From assembly GCA_903917305.1 (NCBI GenBank), contig CAIXAA010000264.1:1-27740 (forward strand): 27,740 bases of DNA, in the 5' to 3' direction. How positions within the stretch are numbered: position 1 is the stretch's first letter; every line of letters begins with the position of its first letter. This document shows positions 7,143 to 15,624 of the stretch, piece by piece. Source of the DNA: an uncultured Myxococcales bacterium. GTDB lineage: Bacteria > Myxococcota_A > UBA9042. The notes under the pieces were generated by a model. The model searched no databases. It was not told the DNA's origin and saw nothing but the letters and a program-made list of their open reading frames with translations. A program made the translations under genes and the position numbers.

Positions 7143-8621
7143 CTACTTGAGCAGGCCGAACTTGCGCAGCCGGTAGCGCAGGAGGTCGCGGCTCACGCCG
7201 AGCAGGTTCGCCGCCTGCACCTGGTTGCCACCGCAGCGCAACATGGCCTGGCGCAAGATCTCTTGTTCGAGGTCGTGCAGGCCGATGGTGCCGTCGAGCT
7301 TGAGTTGCAGGACGACCTCTTCGCCTTCCGCCACCGGCGACTCCGCCGCGTGCGCGGTCGGATGCGGCAGCGGGGGCGGCGGGGGCGCAGCCCCGGCAGG
7401 CAGCTCCGGCGGAAGAGGCAACGCCGTCCGCAGCCTCTGGATCTCGTCGGGCAGCACATCGATGCGCACGAGCGGATCGCGGTCGGACAGCACGATCGCC
7501 GCCTCGATCACGTGGCGCAGCTCGCGCACGTTGCCCGGCCAGGCGAAGGCACGCAGCACGGCGCGCGCCTCCGGCGAGAAGCCGGTGACCTGCGAACCCA
7601 TCTCGCGTGCGAAGATGCCGAGGAAGTGATCCGCCAGAAGATCAATGTCTTGCACACGGTCGCGCAGCGGCGGCAGGTTCAGCGTGAGGACCTTCAAGCG
7701 GTAGTACAGGTCCTCGCGGAACTTGCCGGTCGCCACCAGATCGCGCAGGTCGCGGTGCGTCGCCGTCACGATGCGCACGTCCGCCTGGACCTCGCGCGTG
7801 CTGCCCAGGCGTCGGTAACTGCGCGTTTCGATGAAGTGCAGCAGCTTGGCCTGCATCTCCACCGGCATGTCGCCGATCTCGTCGAGCAGCAGCGTGCCGC
7901 CGTTGGCCTCTTCGAGCAGACCGCGCTTGGCGACGCGCGCATCGGTGAAGGCGCCACGCTCGTGACCCATCAGCTCGCTCTCGATCAGCGTCTGCGGCAC
8001 CGCCGCGCAGTTGATCTCGACGAACGGCGAATGCTTGCGGTCACTCAGCTCGTGCAGCGCGCGAGCGAACACGCTCTTGCCCACGCCCGTCTCGCCCAGC
8101 ATCAGCACGGTGCTGCGCGGCGTGTGCGCGAAGCGGCGCAGTCGGTCGAGCAGCAGCCCCATCGACGGGTGGGCGCTGTAGATGCCGAGCCGCGCCAGAT
8201 CCTCGGTCGAGGGCAGTTCCGCCGGCGCGGGCGCATTGACCGCTTGGATGCGCGCCAGCGCGTCGAACAGGTTGTCCGCTTCGAACGGCTTGGAGAGGTA
8301 GTCGTTGGCGCCCAGGCGCATCGCCTCGACCACCGTCGGCACATCGCCAAAAGCGCTGGTCACGATGACCTTGGGGCGGTCGCTCGGCGACAGCTCCTGC
8401 AGCAGATCGAGGCCGCGGCCGTCCGGCAGACGGATGTCCAGCAGGATCACGTGGGGCTGCGATCGCGCCAGCACTTCGCGCGCCTCAGCGAGCGTGGCGG
8501 CAGCCGTTGGGATATAACCCCAGCGTTTCAAGTCTTTGCACGTGGACCAGGACAGCAGCTTCTCGTCCTCGATGACCAGGACGTGCGTTCCGGGTTCTAC
8601 GCGACCAGCAGCGATGGGCAT
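7143..8621 (-). CDS. NtrC-family sigma54-dependent response regulator (REC - AAA+ - Fis-type HTH)
   Basis: REC: VLVIEDE...[10 protein letters not shown]...YLSKPF. Walker [15 protein letters not shown] loop, Walker [35 protein letters not shown]: [20 protein letters not shown]. Start taken at ATG 8621 (AAGGT upstream). Confidence 0.95.
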   Translation of the reverse strand: MPIAAGRVEPGTHVLVIEDEKLLSWSTCKDLKRWGYIPTAAATLAEAREVLARSQPHVILLDIRLPDGRGLDLLQELSPSDRPKVIVTSAFGDVPTVVEAMRLGANDYLSKPFEADNLFDALARIQAVNAPAPAELPSTEDLARLGIYSAHPSMGLLLDRLRRFAHTPRSTVLMLGETGVGKSVFARALHELSDRKHSPFVEINCAAVPQTLIESELMGHERGAFTDARVAKRGLLEEANGGTLLLDEIGDMPVEMQAKLLHFIETRSYRRLGSTREVQADVRIVTATHRDLRDLVATGKFREDLYYRLKVLTLNLPPLRDRVQDIDLLADHFLGIFAREMGSQVTGFSPEARAVLRAFAWPGNVRELRHVIEAAIVLSDRDPLVRIDVLPDEIQRLRTALPLPPELPAGAAPPPPPLPHPTAHAAESPVAEGEEVVLQLKLDGTIGLHDLEQEILRQAMLRCGGNQVQAANLLGVSRDLLRYRLRKFGLLK

Positions 8622-8764
8622 CGGATGAACCTTGCACCGGCATGTCTGCGCGGCGCCCTTCGAGGGCCGGGACGTTACCACACCCTCGCGTGCGTAGCCA
8701 TGATCCATGCAGGTTGCGCGCTGACTGTGTGTGGAGCGTTTCACTTTGATGCGACTTCGTGACT

Positions 8765-8780
8765 TGGCACGAATCCAGCA
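8765..8780 (+). promoter_or_regulatory. Putative sigma54 promoter for the kinase-cytochrome gene
   Basis: TGGCACG-AATC-CAGCA with GG-N10-GC spacing. The -24 box is perfect, the -12 box is degenerate (CAGC rather than TTGC). 64 nt upstream of ATG 8845. Confidence 0.5.
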
Positions 8781-8844
8781 GTACCTTCCTGCGCGATCTT
8801 CGGGCAGTCATGCGGCCGCCCTCTCCCAGACAAGGCAAACGTAG

Positions 8845-11800
8845 ATGTGCGCCGCACCTCACAATCCGCGGTCTGGAGTCTGGCGTGCCGCCGGCCCGTG
8901 GCGTTGGATCGTGTGGGTCGACTCGCTCGTCTCGACCGTGCCTGGCCGCGTGTTCCTCGCGACCCTGGCCGTGCTCGTCGTCACCAGTTACGTGTTGATG
9001 AACGTGCTGTTCCAGGAGGACCGCTTCCACGCGCTGACCGAGCCGCAGCGCCAGGCGGACACGGAGGCGGCGCAGCGCACGCTGGAACTCTCTCTGCTCA
9101 AACAGGATCCACGGCAGGTGGACGCGGACCTCGTCGCGATCAGCCGCCGCCTGCCGAGCATCGTGCGCATCGACGTGGCAGGTCCGGATGATCTTGTGCG
9201 CTATTCGACGTTGCCGCAGGCGCTGGGGCGGCCGCCGACCCTGCTCGACGCAGCGACGGCGCGGATGGCGGCAGCGCACGGCGTTTCCATCGAACGCTCC
9301 GGCGATCCGGGGCGCCACGTCCTGGTGCGCCCGGTGCTGCTGCCGCCCACGTGCGCCAATTGCCACCGCGGTTCGTTCGACCCTGATCTCGGGCGCATGT
9401 ACGTGGTCACGGACAACGTCGCGGCGATCCAGGCGCTGCGGGGTACGACGCTGTCCGTGCTGCGCCTGCTGGCCGTGATCGTGCTGGTCCTCGCGATCGT
9501 GCTGGGCATCTACGTGCACCTGAGCTTCATCGTCCCCGCGCGGCGTTTTGCCGATCACCTGCGCCAATTGGGCGATGGTCCGGCGCCGGGGATGGTCGAT
9601 GTGGCCACGCTGCCGGCCGAACTGCGCCAGATCGCGCACGCCTTCAACCGCGGCGTCGAGAGCCTCATCGCCGCGCGCCAGGAGGTCGAGCGCCTGCAGC
9701 AGGAGCGCCTCGCGCACGTCGAGCGGCTGGTCAGCATCGGCCGCTTGTCCGCGATGCTGGCGCACGAGATTCGCAACCCGTTGGCCGGCATCTCGAGCGC
9801 CGTGCGGATCCTGGCCGAGGAACTGCCGATCAAGGAAGAACATCAGGAGATCGTGGATGAATTGCAGCGGCAGGTGAAGCGCTTGTCGCGCACCTTGACC
9901 GAGTTGCTGTCCTCCTCGCGGCCCCACGACCCGGTGCCCGGTCGCCTGTGCCCGCAGGAGGCGGTGGCGCGCGCGGCGCACATCGTGCAGCCGGCGTTCG
10001 AGCGGCGCGGTCTGCACTTCGTCGTGAGCATGGAGCCCGACACGCCGGCGGTGTACGCGGACGAGGAGTGCCTCGTGCAGGTGCTGCTCAACCTGCTGGT
10101 CAATGCCGAGCAGGCGGTGGCCGGCGCGGGGCTGGTGCGCGTCGACGTGCACCGCTCGTCGGACAACGACGGGATGGTGGCGATCACGGTGGCGGACAAT
10201 GGTCCGGGCATGCCGCCGGAGGTGCTGGCGCGCGTCGGCCAGCCGTTCTTCACGACCAAGAAGGAAGGCACGGGCTTGGGGCTGGCGATCAGCCGCGAGA
10301 TGGTGGAGCGCATGGGCGGCCGGCTGCTGGTCGCCTCGCCGCCGGGGCAGGGCGCGAGCGTGACGGTGATGCTGCCGGCCTTTGCCGACCAGGCGGCGCC
10401 GCAGAACCCGGAGCTGGACGTGGAGCCGAACGCGACGGTCGGGCTCATGCCGCGCCGCCACTGGAAGACGCCTGGGACCGGGACGGAGCTGGGCATCGGC
10501 CTGCTGGCGCTGCTGGGTGCGCTGTGGCTGCTGCCGGCGCCGGCGCTGGCGGCGCCGCGCAAGGTGCCGGTGGCGGCCAAGCCGCTGCCCAAGCCGGGGC
10601 CTTCGTGCGTGACGTCGGCGTGCCACAAGTCGGTGCTCAAGAAGCCGGATCGGCATGCGATGTTGCGGCCTTCGACCTGCTCCTTGTGCCACCAGCCGAT
10701 GCGGCGGCCGGGCGTGGTTCCGCGCGAAGGTGCGCCGGAGCCGTTCGGCACGGAGCTTGCCCTGCAGAACAGCAAGTCGCACCCGGCGGGTGGTTTCCAG
10801 CCCGTGCGCGAGCGGTTGCGGGCGCGCATGGGGCCGCCGCTGCCGACCAGCGGGCCGATCGGCGGCGTGGGCGGTTCACCGGAGGCGGGGCCGCACAGTC
10901 GCGCAGCACGCGGCAATTGCACGCTTTGTCATGATCCGCACGCGGCGGCCAAGGACCACCTGCTGCGCAAGCCGGTGCCGGGGCTGTGCATGATGTGCCA
11001 CCAGAAGACCTGGCCGCGCACGAAGTTCACCCACGCGCCGGCGGCGATGGGCGATTGCCTGGACTGCCACGTGCCGCACGCCGGCCGGATCCGGCCCAAC
11101 CTGCGCACCACCCAGCCGGAGCTGTGCTTCGATTGCCACACGGAGATGAAGGAGCGCCTGTCCAAGGTGCGCCTGCATCCGCCCGTCGCGGAGCGCTGCA
11201 GCCTGTGCCACGGCCCCCACGGCGGCAACCACCGCATGTTCTTCAAGGAGGAGGGCAATGCGCTGTGCCTGTCCTGCCACAAGGCGATCGAGCAGCACGC
11301 CAAGACCGCGCCGTTCAAGCACAAAGCCCTGACCAAGGCGTGCACGTCCTGCCACGATCCGCACGGCACGCCGGAGCCGCGCCTGCTGCGCCAGCCCATG
11401 GTTGCGCTGTGCACGTCCTGCCACGAGAAGGTCGGCAGCGAGGTCGGCGCGGCGCATTTCCTGCACGGCGCCCTCGACCGCGGCAGCTGCACCGGCTGCC
11501 ACGATCCGCACGGCGGCAGCTTCCAGGCGCTGCTGCGCGGCCCGTTCCCGGTCAAGAAGCCGTACCAGGCGTTCGAGGGCGATCCGTACGGCCTGTGCTT
11601 TCTCTGCCACGAGCGGATGCTGCTCGAGAGCGGCAAGCCGCCGCGCACCGGCTTTCGCAACGGCGACAAGAACTTGCACCATGTTCACGTGGCGCGCGGC
11701 GAGAAGGGGCGCTCCTGCATGCTGTGCCACTCCCCGCATGGCGCCGACCAGCCGCACATCCTGCGCGAGGAGATGCCGTTCGGCTCGGCGAAACTGCCCA

Positions 11801-11931
11801 TGGAGTTCACGGCTTCACCTGATGGTGGCAGCTGCAAGTCGGCGTGCCACGAGGTGCGCAAGTACGCGCGCCGCGACATCGTGAAGGTGGCGCCGTTGCC
11901 CGCCGCGCCGACGCCGACCACCAAGAAGTAA
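8845..11931 (+). CDS. Sensor histidine kinase (TM - heme-c periplasmic sensor - TM - HAMP - HisKA - HATPase_c) fused in frame to a signal-like segment and a 12(+2)-heme cytochrome c
   Basis: Periplasmic PPTCANCH; H-box LAHEIRNPL; N-box QVLLNLLVNA; G1 DNGPGM; FFTTK-EGTGLGL. Then LGIGLLALLGALWLLPAPALA, CVTSACH, 12 CXXCH and CKSACH. No stop codon between the kinase and cytochrome parts. Confidence 0.88.
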   Translation: MCAAPHNPRSGVWRAAGPWRWIVWVDSLVSTVPGRVFLATLAVLVVTSYVLMNVLFQEDRFHALTEPQRQADTEAAQRTLELSLLKQDPRQVDADLVAISRRLPSIVRIDVAGPDDLVRYSTLPQALGRPPTLLDAATARMAAAHGVSIERSGDPGRHVLVRPVLLPPTCANCHRGSFDPDLGRMYVVTDNVAAIQALRGTTLSVLRLLAVIVLVLAIVLGIYVHLSFIVPARRFADHLRQLGDGPAPGMVDVATLPAELRQIAHAFNRGVESLIAARQEVERLQQERLAHVERLVSIGRLSAMLAHEIRNPLAGISSAVRILAEELPIKEEHQEIVDELQRQVKRLSRTLTELLSSSRPHDPVPGRLCPQEAVARAAHIVQPAFERRGLHFVVSMEPDTPAVYADEECLVQVLLNLLVNAEQAVAGAGLVRVDVHRSSDNDGMVAITVADNGPGMPPEVLARVGQPFFTTKKEGTGLGLAISREMVERMGGRLLVASPPGQGASVTVMLPAFADQAAPQNPELDVEPNATVGLMPRRHWKTPGTGTELGIGLLALLGALWLLPAPALAAPRKVPVAAKPLPKPGPSCVTSACHKSVLKKPDRHAMLRPSTCSLCHQPMRRPGVVPREGAPEPFGTELALQNSKSHPAGGFQPVRERLRARMGPPLPTSGPIGGVGGSPEAGPHSRAARGNCTLCHDPHAAAKDHLLRKPVPGLCMMCHQKTWPRTKFTHAPAAMGDCLDCHVPHAGRIRPNLRTTQPELCFDCHTEMKERLSKVRLHPPVAERCSLCHGPHGGNHRMFFKEEGNALCLSCHKAIEQHAKTAPFKHKALTKACTSCHDPHGTPEPRLLRQPMVALCTSCHEKVGSEVGAAHFLHGALDRGSCTGCHDPHGGSFQALLRGPFPVKKPYQAFEGDPYGLCFLCHERMLLESGKPPRTGFRNGDKNLHHVHVARGEKGRSCMLCHSPHGADQPHILREEMPFGSAKLPMEFTASPDGGSCKSACHEVRKYARRDIVKVAPLPAAPTPTTKK

Positions 11932-11943
11932 GGGATTCGGCAG

Positions 11944-12774
11944 CTACTTCTTCAGCTTGTCCACGCAAGCCTGCTTGCCCGCGAGCGCTTCCGCGTGGGC
12001 CGCATCCAATGCCAGCGCCTTGTCGAACGCGACGATGGCGTCCTTGCACTTGTCTTGCGCCGACAGGATGTTGCCGTGCAGCGCGTGTGCCGGCGCCTGG
12101 GCGGCATCGATCTCCAGGCTCTTCTGCACGGCCTCCAGCGCCTTCTCCAAGTTGCCGGACTTGAAGAGCATTCCCGCGAGCTTGAAGTAGCGCCGCGCCG
12201 CCGTCAGATCGACGCCGACCTTGGACGCCGGCGGACTCAGCACGTCAGCCAGCTGTTTCTCCGTGATCTCACCCAACTGGAACAGCACGCGCGCCTTGAC
12301 CGTCTCGCAGAAGTTGATCTTCATGAACGGCACGAAGGCGATCAGCTTGTGCGCGCCGTCCGCAATGACCACGAACGGCAGCTGCGCCGCTTCCAGCGCG
12401 CCGTACACCGCGTCGCCGGCATCGAGCAGCACCGGCATGGCCACGCCAGCTTCCCCAATCGCCGTCTTGACTTCCGCGGGCGTGAAGCGGTCCGAGACGA
12501 TGCCCGTCCAGCGCAGCGGCTTGCCGGAGAGCTCGCGCTCGCACAGCGCCATCTGCTTCATCACGTCGCGCGAGTGGTCCTGATCCGGCCGAAAGAAGAA
12601 CAGGATCTGCGCGCCCTCTTTGCCCAGCAGGTGGCGCTTGCCGCCCTGCACGGTAGCCAACTCCGCATCGGCAATCACGGTTCCGTTGGACGCGTGCGCC
12701 GTGGCAAACGGGCTGTGCAGGCCCGCCCAGAGCACCGCGCAAGCCATCAGCAGCGAGCGGTGCGCCACTGTCAT
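11944..12774 (-). CDS. Exported thioredoxin-fold (TlpA/redoxin-like, lacking CXXC) plus TPR protein
   Basis: ATG 12774 overlaps the cytochrome stop (ATGA). N-terminal signal. Redoxin fold FFFRPDQDHS...PVLLDAGDAVYGALEAAQLPFVVIAD. C-terminal TPRs: LEKALEAVQKSLEID; AHALHGNILSAQDKCKDAIVAFDKALALD. Confidence 0.75.
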   Translation of the reverse strand: MTVAHRSLLMACAVLWAGLHSPFATAHASNGTVIADAELATVQGGKRHLLGKEGAQILFFFRPDQDHSRDVMKQMALCERELSGKPLRWTGIVSDRFTPAEVKTAIGEAGVAMPVLLDAGDAVYGALEAAQLPFVVIADGAHKLIAFVPFMKINFCETVKARVLFQLGEITEKQLADVLSPPASKVGVDLTAARRYFKLAGMLFKSGNLEKALEAVQKSLEIDAAQAPAHALHGNILSAQDKCKDAIVAFDKALALDAAHAEALAGKQACVDKLKK

Positions 12775-13976
12775 GGCGCCGCCTGCGCGTTGCCGGCGGT
12801 CTTGACGACGTTCACGTAGGTCTTGGCCGTGTGGCAGGTCTTGTCGCAGGTGCCGCCATCGGCGTTCTTCTTGTAATTGACCTGCAACAACCAGCCCTTG
12901 GAGCCGAACGGCACGCTGTCGCGCACCTGGAACGCCTGCTTGGAGGCGTGGACCTCGTGGCACGCCCGGCAGGTGCGGCCGCGGTCCGGCTTGTTCACGT
13001 GGACGAAGTGCAAGTTCCGGTTGCCATTGCGAAAGCGCGTCGCCGTCGTCGTCTCCTTGGTGCTGATCATCTTGGAGTCGTGGCACTCGAAGCACAGCGC
13101 GTAGTTCTCCGGGTTGAAGGGGGCGTAGAAGCGCGCCGGGTAGACCTCGCCCAACAGCCGGAAGTTGTCGCCGCCGTGCGGCTGGTGGCACGCGCTGCAG
13201 TCCTTGTCCGCCACAGGCGCGTGGTGCACCGGGTTGTCGTCGAGCAAGGTCTTGAAGTTCACCAGCTTCTTGCCGTCGCCGTCCGTGATGTCGTCCTTGC
13301 TGTGGCAATTCACACACAGGTCAAAAGGCAGCGCAATTAGAAGCTTTTCGATGTTCGATGCATGCGGATTGTGGCAATTGACGCAGGACGCGCCCTGGGT
13401 CAGCGCGCCGTGCTGCACCCGCGCCTCCATCTTGCTCTTGATCTTGGTGTGGCAGCCGACGCACAGGGCGGGCGGCCGCGACACCAGCAAATGCGGCTGC
13501 TTGGAGTTGTGCGGGTTGTGGCAGTTCGTGCAGTTCTCTTCGGCGACGATGTGGCGCGCCTTGCGGCTGGCGAAGAGGTCGGTGAACTCGTCGTGGCAGC
13601 TGAAACACACCTTGTTCACGGGCTTTTGCGCGGGGCCCGGGTCCTTCGGGTCGTTCTTGGCGTGGCAGATGCTGCAGTCGCCGCTGGCGTAGGGACCGTG
13701 CGCCGACACCGCCTCCTTGTTGTCGCAAGGCGAGACATTCACGGGCTTTCGCTGCGGCGCGGAGATGTCTTTGTAGTTCGCGCCCGCCCCCTGCTCGACT
13801 GGCGCGCCCGCCGCGGGCTTGTCCGATGGCTTGCCGGGCGCCGCGGGGGCAGCGGGAGCCTTCTTGTCCGGCTTCTTGCCCTTGGCTGCCAGCGCCGGCG
13901 CCGCCGAAAGCGTCAAGGACAGCGCGACGAGCGCGGCCAGGATGGGAAAAAGTGTAGCCGAAATGCGTGCTTTCAT
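12771..13976 (-). CDS. Periplasmic multiheme cytochrome c, 9 CXXCH plus a C-terminal CX3CH (probably decaheme)
   Basis: ATG 13976 with GAGG RBS. Signal MKARISATLFPILAALVALSLTLSAAPALA. Motifs: CSICH, CFSCH, CTNCH, CVGCH, CVNCH, CVNCH, CSACH, CFECH, CRACH, CDKTCH. Confidence 0.92.
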   Translation of the reverse strand: MKARISATLFPILAALVALSLTLSAAPALAAKGKKPDKKAPAAPAAPGKPSDKPAAGAPVEQGAGANYKDISAPQRKPVNVSPCDNKEAVSAHGPYASGDCSICHAKNDPKDPGPAQKPVNKVCFSCHDEFTDLFASRKARHIVAEENCTNCHNPHNSKQPHLLVSRPPALCVGCHTKIKSKMEARVQHGALTQGASCVNCHNPHASNIEKLLIALPFDLCVNCHSKDDITDGDGKKLVNFKTLLDDNPVHHAPVADKDCSACHQPHGGDNFRLLGEVYPARFYAPFNPENYALCFECHDSKMISTKETTTATRFRNGNRNLHFVHVNKPDRGRTCRACHEVHASKQAFQVRDSVPFGSKGWLLQVNYKKNADGGTCDKTCHTAKTYVNVVKTAGNAQAAP

Positions 13977-14043
13977 GGAGTCCTCGGAAGGGGCTGTCGC
14001 CTGTTGCGCGCCACCATCGCAGGCCGCGCGCGCCGTGAGGGCC

Positions 14044-14059
14044 TGCAAGAACCGCACCA
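14044..14059 (-). promoter_or_regulatory. sigma54 promoter for the decaheme cytochrome / redoxin-TPR operon
   Basis: Minus strand (C)TGGTGCG-GTTC-TTGCA with GG-N10-GC spacing and a perfect -12 TTGCA, 67 nt upstream of ATG 13976. Confidence 0.65.
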
Positions 14060-14142
14060 GGGCAGGGCGCGTCCGCCGGATTGCCGTCTGCCGTCCGCCG
14101 TGGCACAACCGCGCCAGCCGCCGTGGCGGCGCAGGAGGAAGC

Positions 14143-15513
14143 ATGACCGCGAAAAGCAAAGCGATGACCTCGGATGCGCGCGCCGACGACTACATCGCCT
14201 GGTTGACGGGCGCCGTCACGCCGCCGCACGCCGTTCTCGCCTGCACGGAACGCTTGCTGCGTGCGGGGTTCCAGCCGCTGACGCTCGCCGCGCCGTTGCA
14301 GCCGGCGGTCGGCGATCGCCGCTTCGTCGTGCATCCTGACGGCAAGTCGGTGATCGCGTTCGTGGTTGGCGAGCGCTCCCCGGTGGCGACCGGCTTCGCG
14401 CTCGTCGGCGCGCACACGGACAGTCCGGATTTGCGCTTGCGCCTCAACCCGATGGCCGCGGCGGCGGGCACGGTGCAGTTGACGACGCAGTTGCACGGCG
14501 GCCTCATCCGCCGCTCCTGGCTCGACCGCCCGCTGGCGCTGGCTGGCACCGTGTTCGAGGTGCTGCGCGGCCGCGGTGGCAAGCCCGTGTTCCACAAGCT
14601 GACCGGGCAGCCCGTGCTGAACCGTCACCTCGTGCACATCGATGAACCCGTTGCCATCATTCCGGATCTCGCCATCCACATGGATCGCGAGAAGAACGAC
14701 AAGGGCGCCATCAACCCGCAGACGCAACTGAACGCGGTCCTGGCGAGCGGCGACTGGGATGCGGAGCGCGTGATGCGCGAGCTCTCGCAGCGCACCGGCG
14801 TGCAGCTGGATCGCGTCGACGGCTTCGATCTGCACCTCGTGCCGTGGCACAAACCGATGCGCGCCGGCCTGGATCGTTCGCTTGTGCTGGGGCCGCGCCA
14901 TGACGATCTGGCGATGGTCTACTGCGGGCTGGAGGCGCTGATCGCCTCGGTGGTGCGCGACCCGACGCCGGTGCGCACGCGGGTGGCGGCGTTCTTCGAT
15001 GCGGAGGAGACCGGCTCGCAGACGGCTTCGGGCGCGGCGTCGGCCTTCCTGCGCGACGTGCTCGTGCGCCTGACGCGCCGGCACCCGGACACGGACAGCG
15101 CGGCGGACCCGGAGCAGGCGTTTGCCGAGACGATCTGCCTGAGTGCGGACATGGCCCACGCGCTGCATCCGAACTACATGGAAGTCCACGACAAGCAGCA
15201 CGCGCCGACCATCAACGGCGGCCCGGTCTTGAAGGCCAACACGAACGATCGCTATGCGACGACGGGTGAAACGGCTGCGATCTTCGCGGGTCTATGCGAA
15301 GCGGCGGGCGTGAAGGTGCAGGACTTCGTGATGCGCCAGGACATGGCGTGCGGCACGACCATCGGGCCGATCACGGCGGCGTCGCTGGCGGCGCGCACGG
15401 TCGACATCGGCTGCCCGATGTGGGGCATGCACTCGAGCTGCGAGACGCTGGGTGCCCACGATCTGGCGGCGATGACCGACGTGATGCGCGTGTTCTTCGT
15501 CGGCGGCGCGTAG
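14143..15513 (+). CDS. M18 family (aspartyl) aminopeptidase
   Basis: AGGAGG RBS before ATG 14143. Metal-ligand motifs GAHTDSP, RHDDL, FDAEETGS, SADMAHALHPNY, GPVLKANTNDRYAT, CGTTIGP, DIGCPMWGMHS. Confidence 0.93.
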   Translation: MTAKSKAMTSDARADDYIAWLTGAVTPPHAVLACTERLLRAGFQPLTLAAPLQPAVGDRRFVVHPDGKSVIAFVVGERSPVATGFALVGAHTDSPDLRLRLNPMAAAAGTVQLTTQLHGGLIRRSWLDRPLALAGTVFEVLRGRGGKPVFHKLTGQPVLNRHLVHIDEPVAIIPDLAIHMDREKNDKGAINPQTQLNAVLASGDWDAERVMRELSQRTGVQLDRVDGFDLHLVPWHKPMRAGLDRSLVLGPRHDDLAMVYCGLEALIASVVRDPTPVRTRVAAFFDAEETGSQTASGAASAFLRDVLVRLTRRHPDTDSAADPEQAFAETICLSADMAHALHPNYMEVHDKQHAPTINGGPVLKANTNDRYATTGETAAIFAGLCEAAGVKVQDFVMRQDMACGTTIGPITAASLAARTVDIGCPMWGMHSSCETLGAHDLAAMTDVMRVFFVGGA

Positions 15514-15624
15514 CTGGGGACCTAAGCCCCCACCCGCCATTGCCAGCTTGCCCGTGCGCCTCCGCTTCCGCTAGTCTCGACGCCGATGGGGCCGCTGCGC
15601 CTCACGATGCCAGGGAGCCACGCC

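Noticed and set aside
12775-13317. Extension of ORF 11944..13317, and similar extensions in 12771..14159, 13819..15513, 20306..22810, 25407..26894, 4786..6141 and 6298..7119
   Set aside because: These are upstream read-through in GC-rich DNA. Better starts with RBS and signal peptides were found at 12774, 13976, 14143, 20978, 26705, 6015 and 6933.
14101-14115. TGGCACAACCGCGC upstream of the M18 peptidase as a sigma54 promoter
   Set aside because: Spacing is GG-N9-GC, not the strictly required N10.
14143-15513. M18 peptidase as a nanowire-processing enzyme
   Set aside because: It has no signal peptide, is transcribed away from the island, and is an ordinary cytoplasmic family member. It more likely marks the island boundary.
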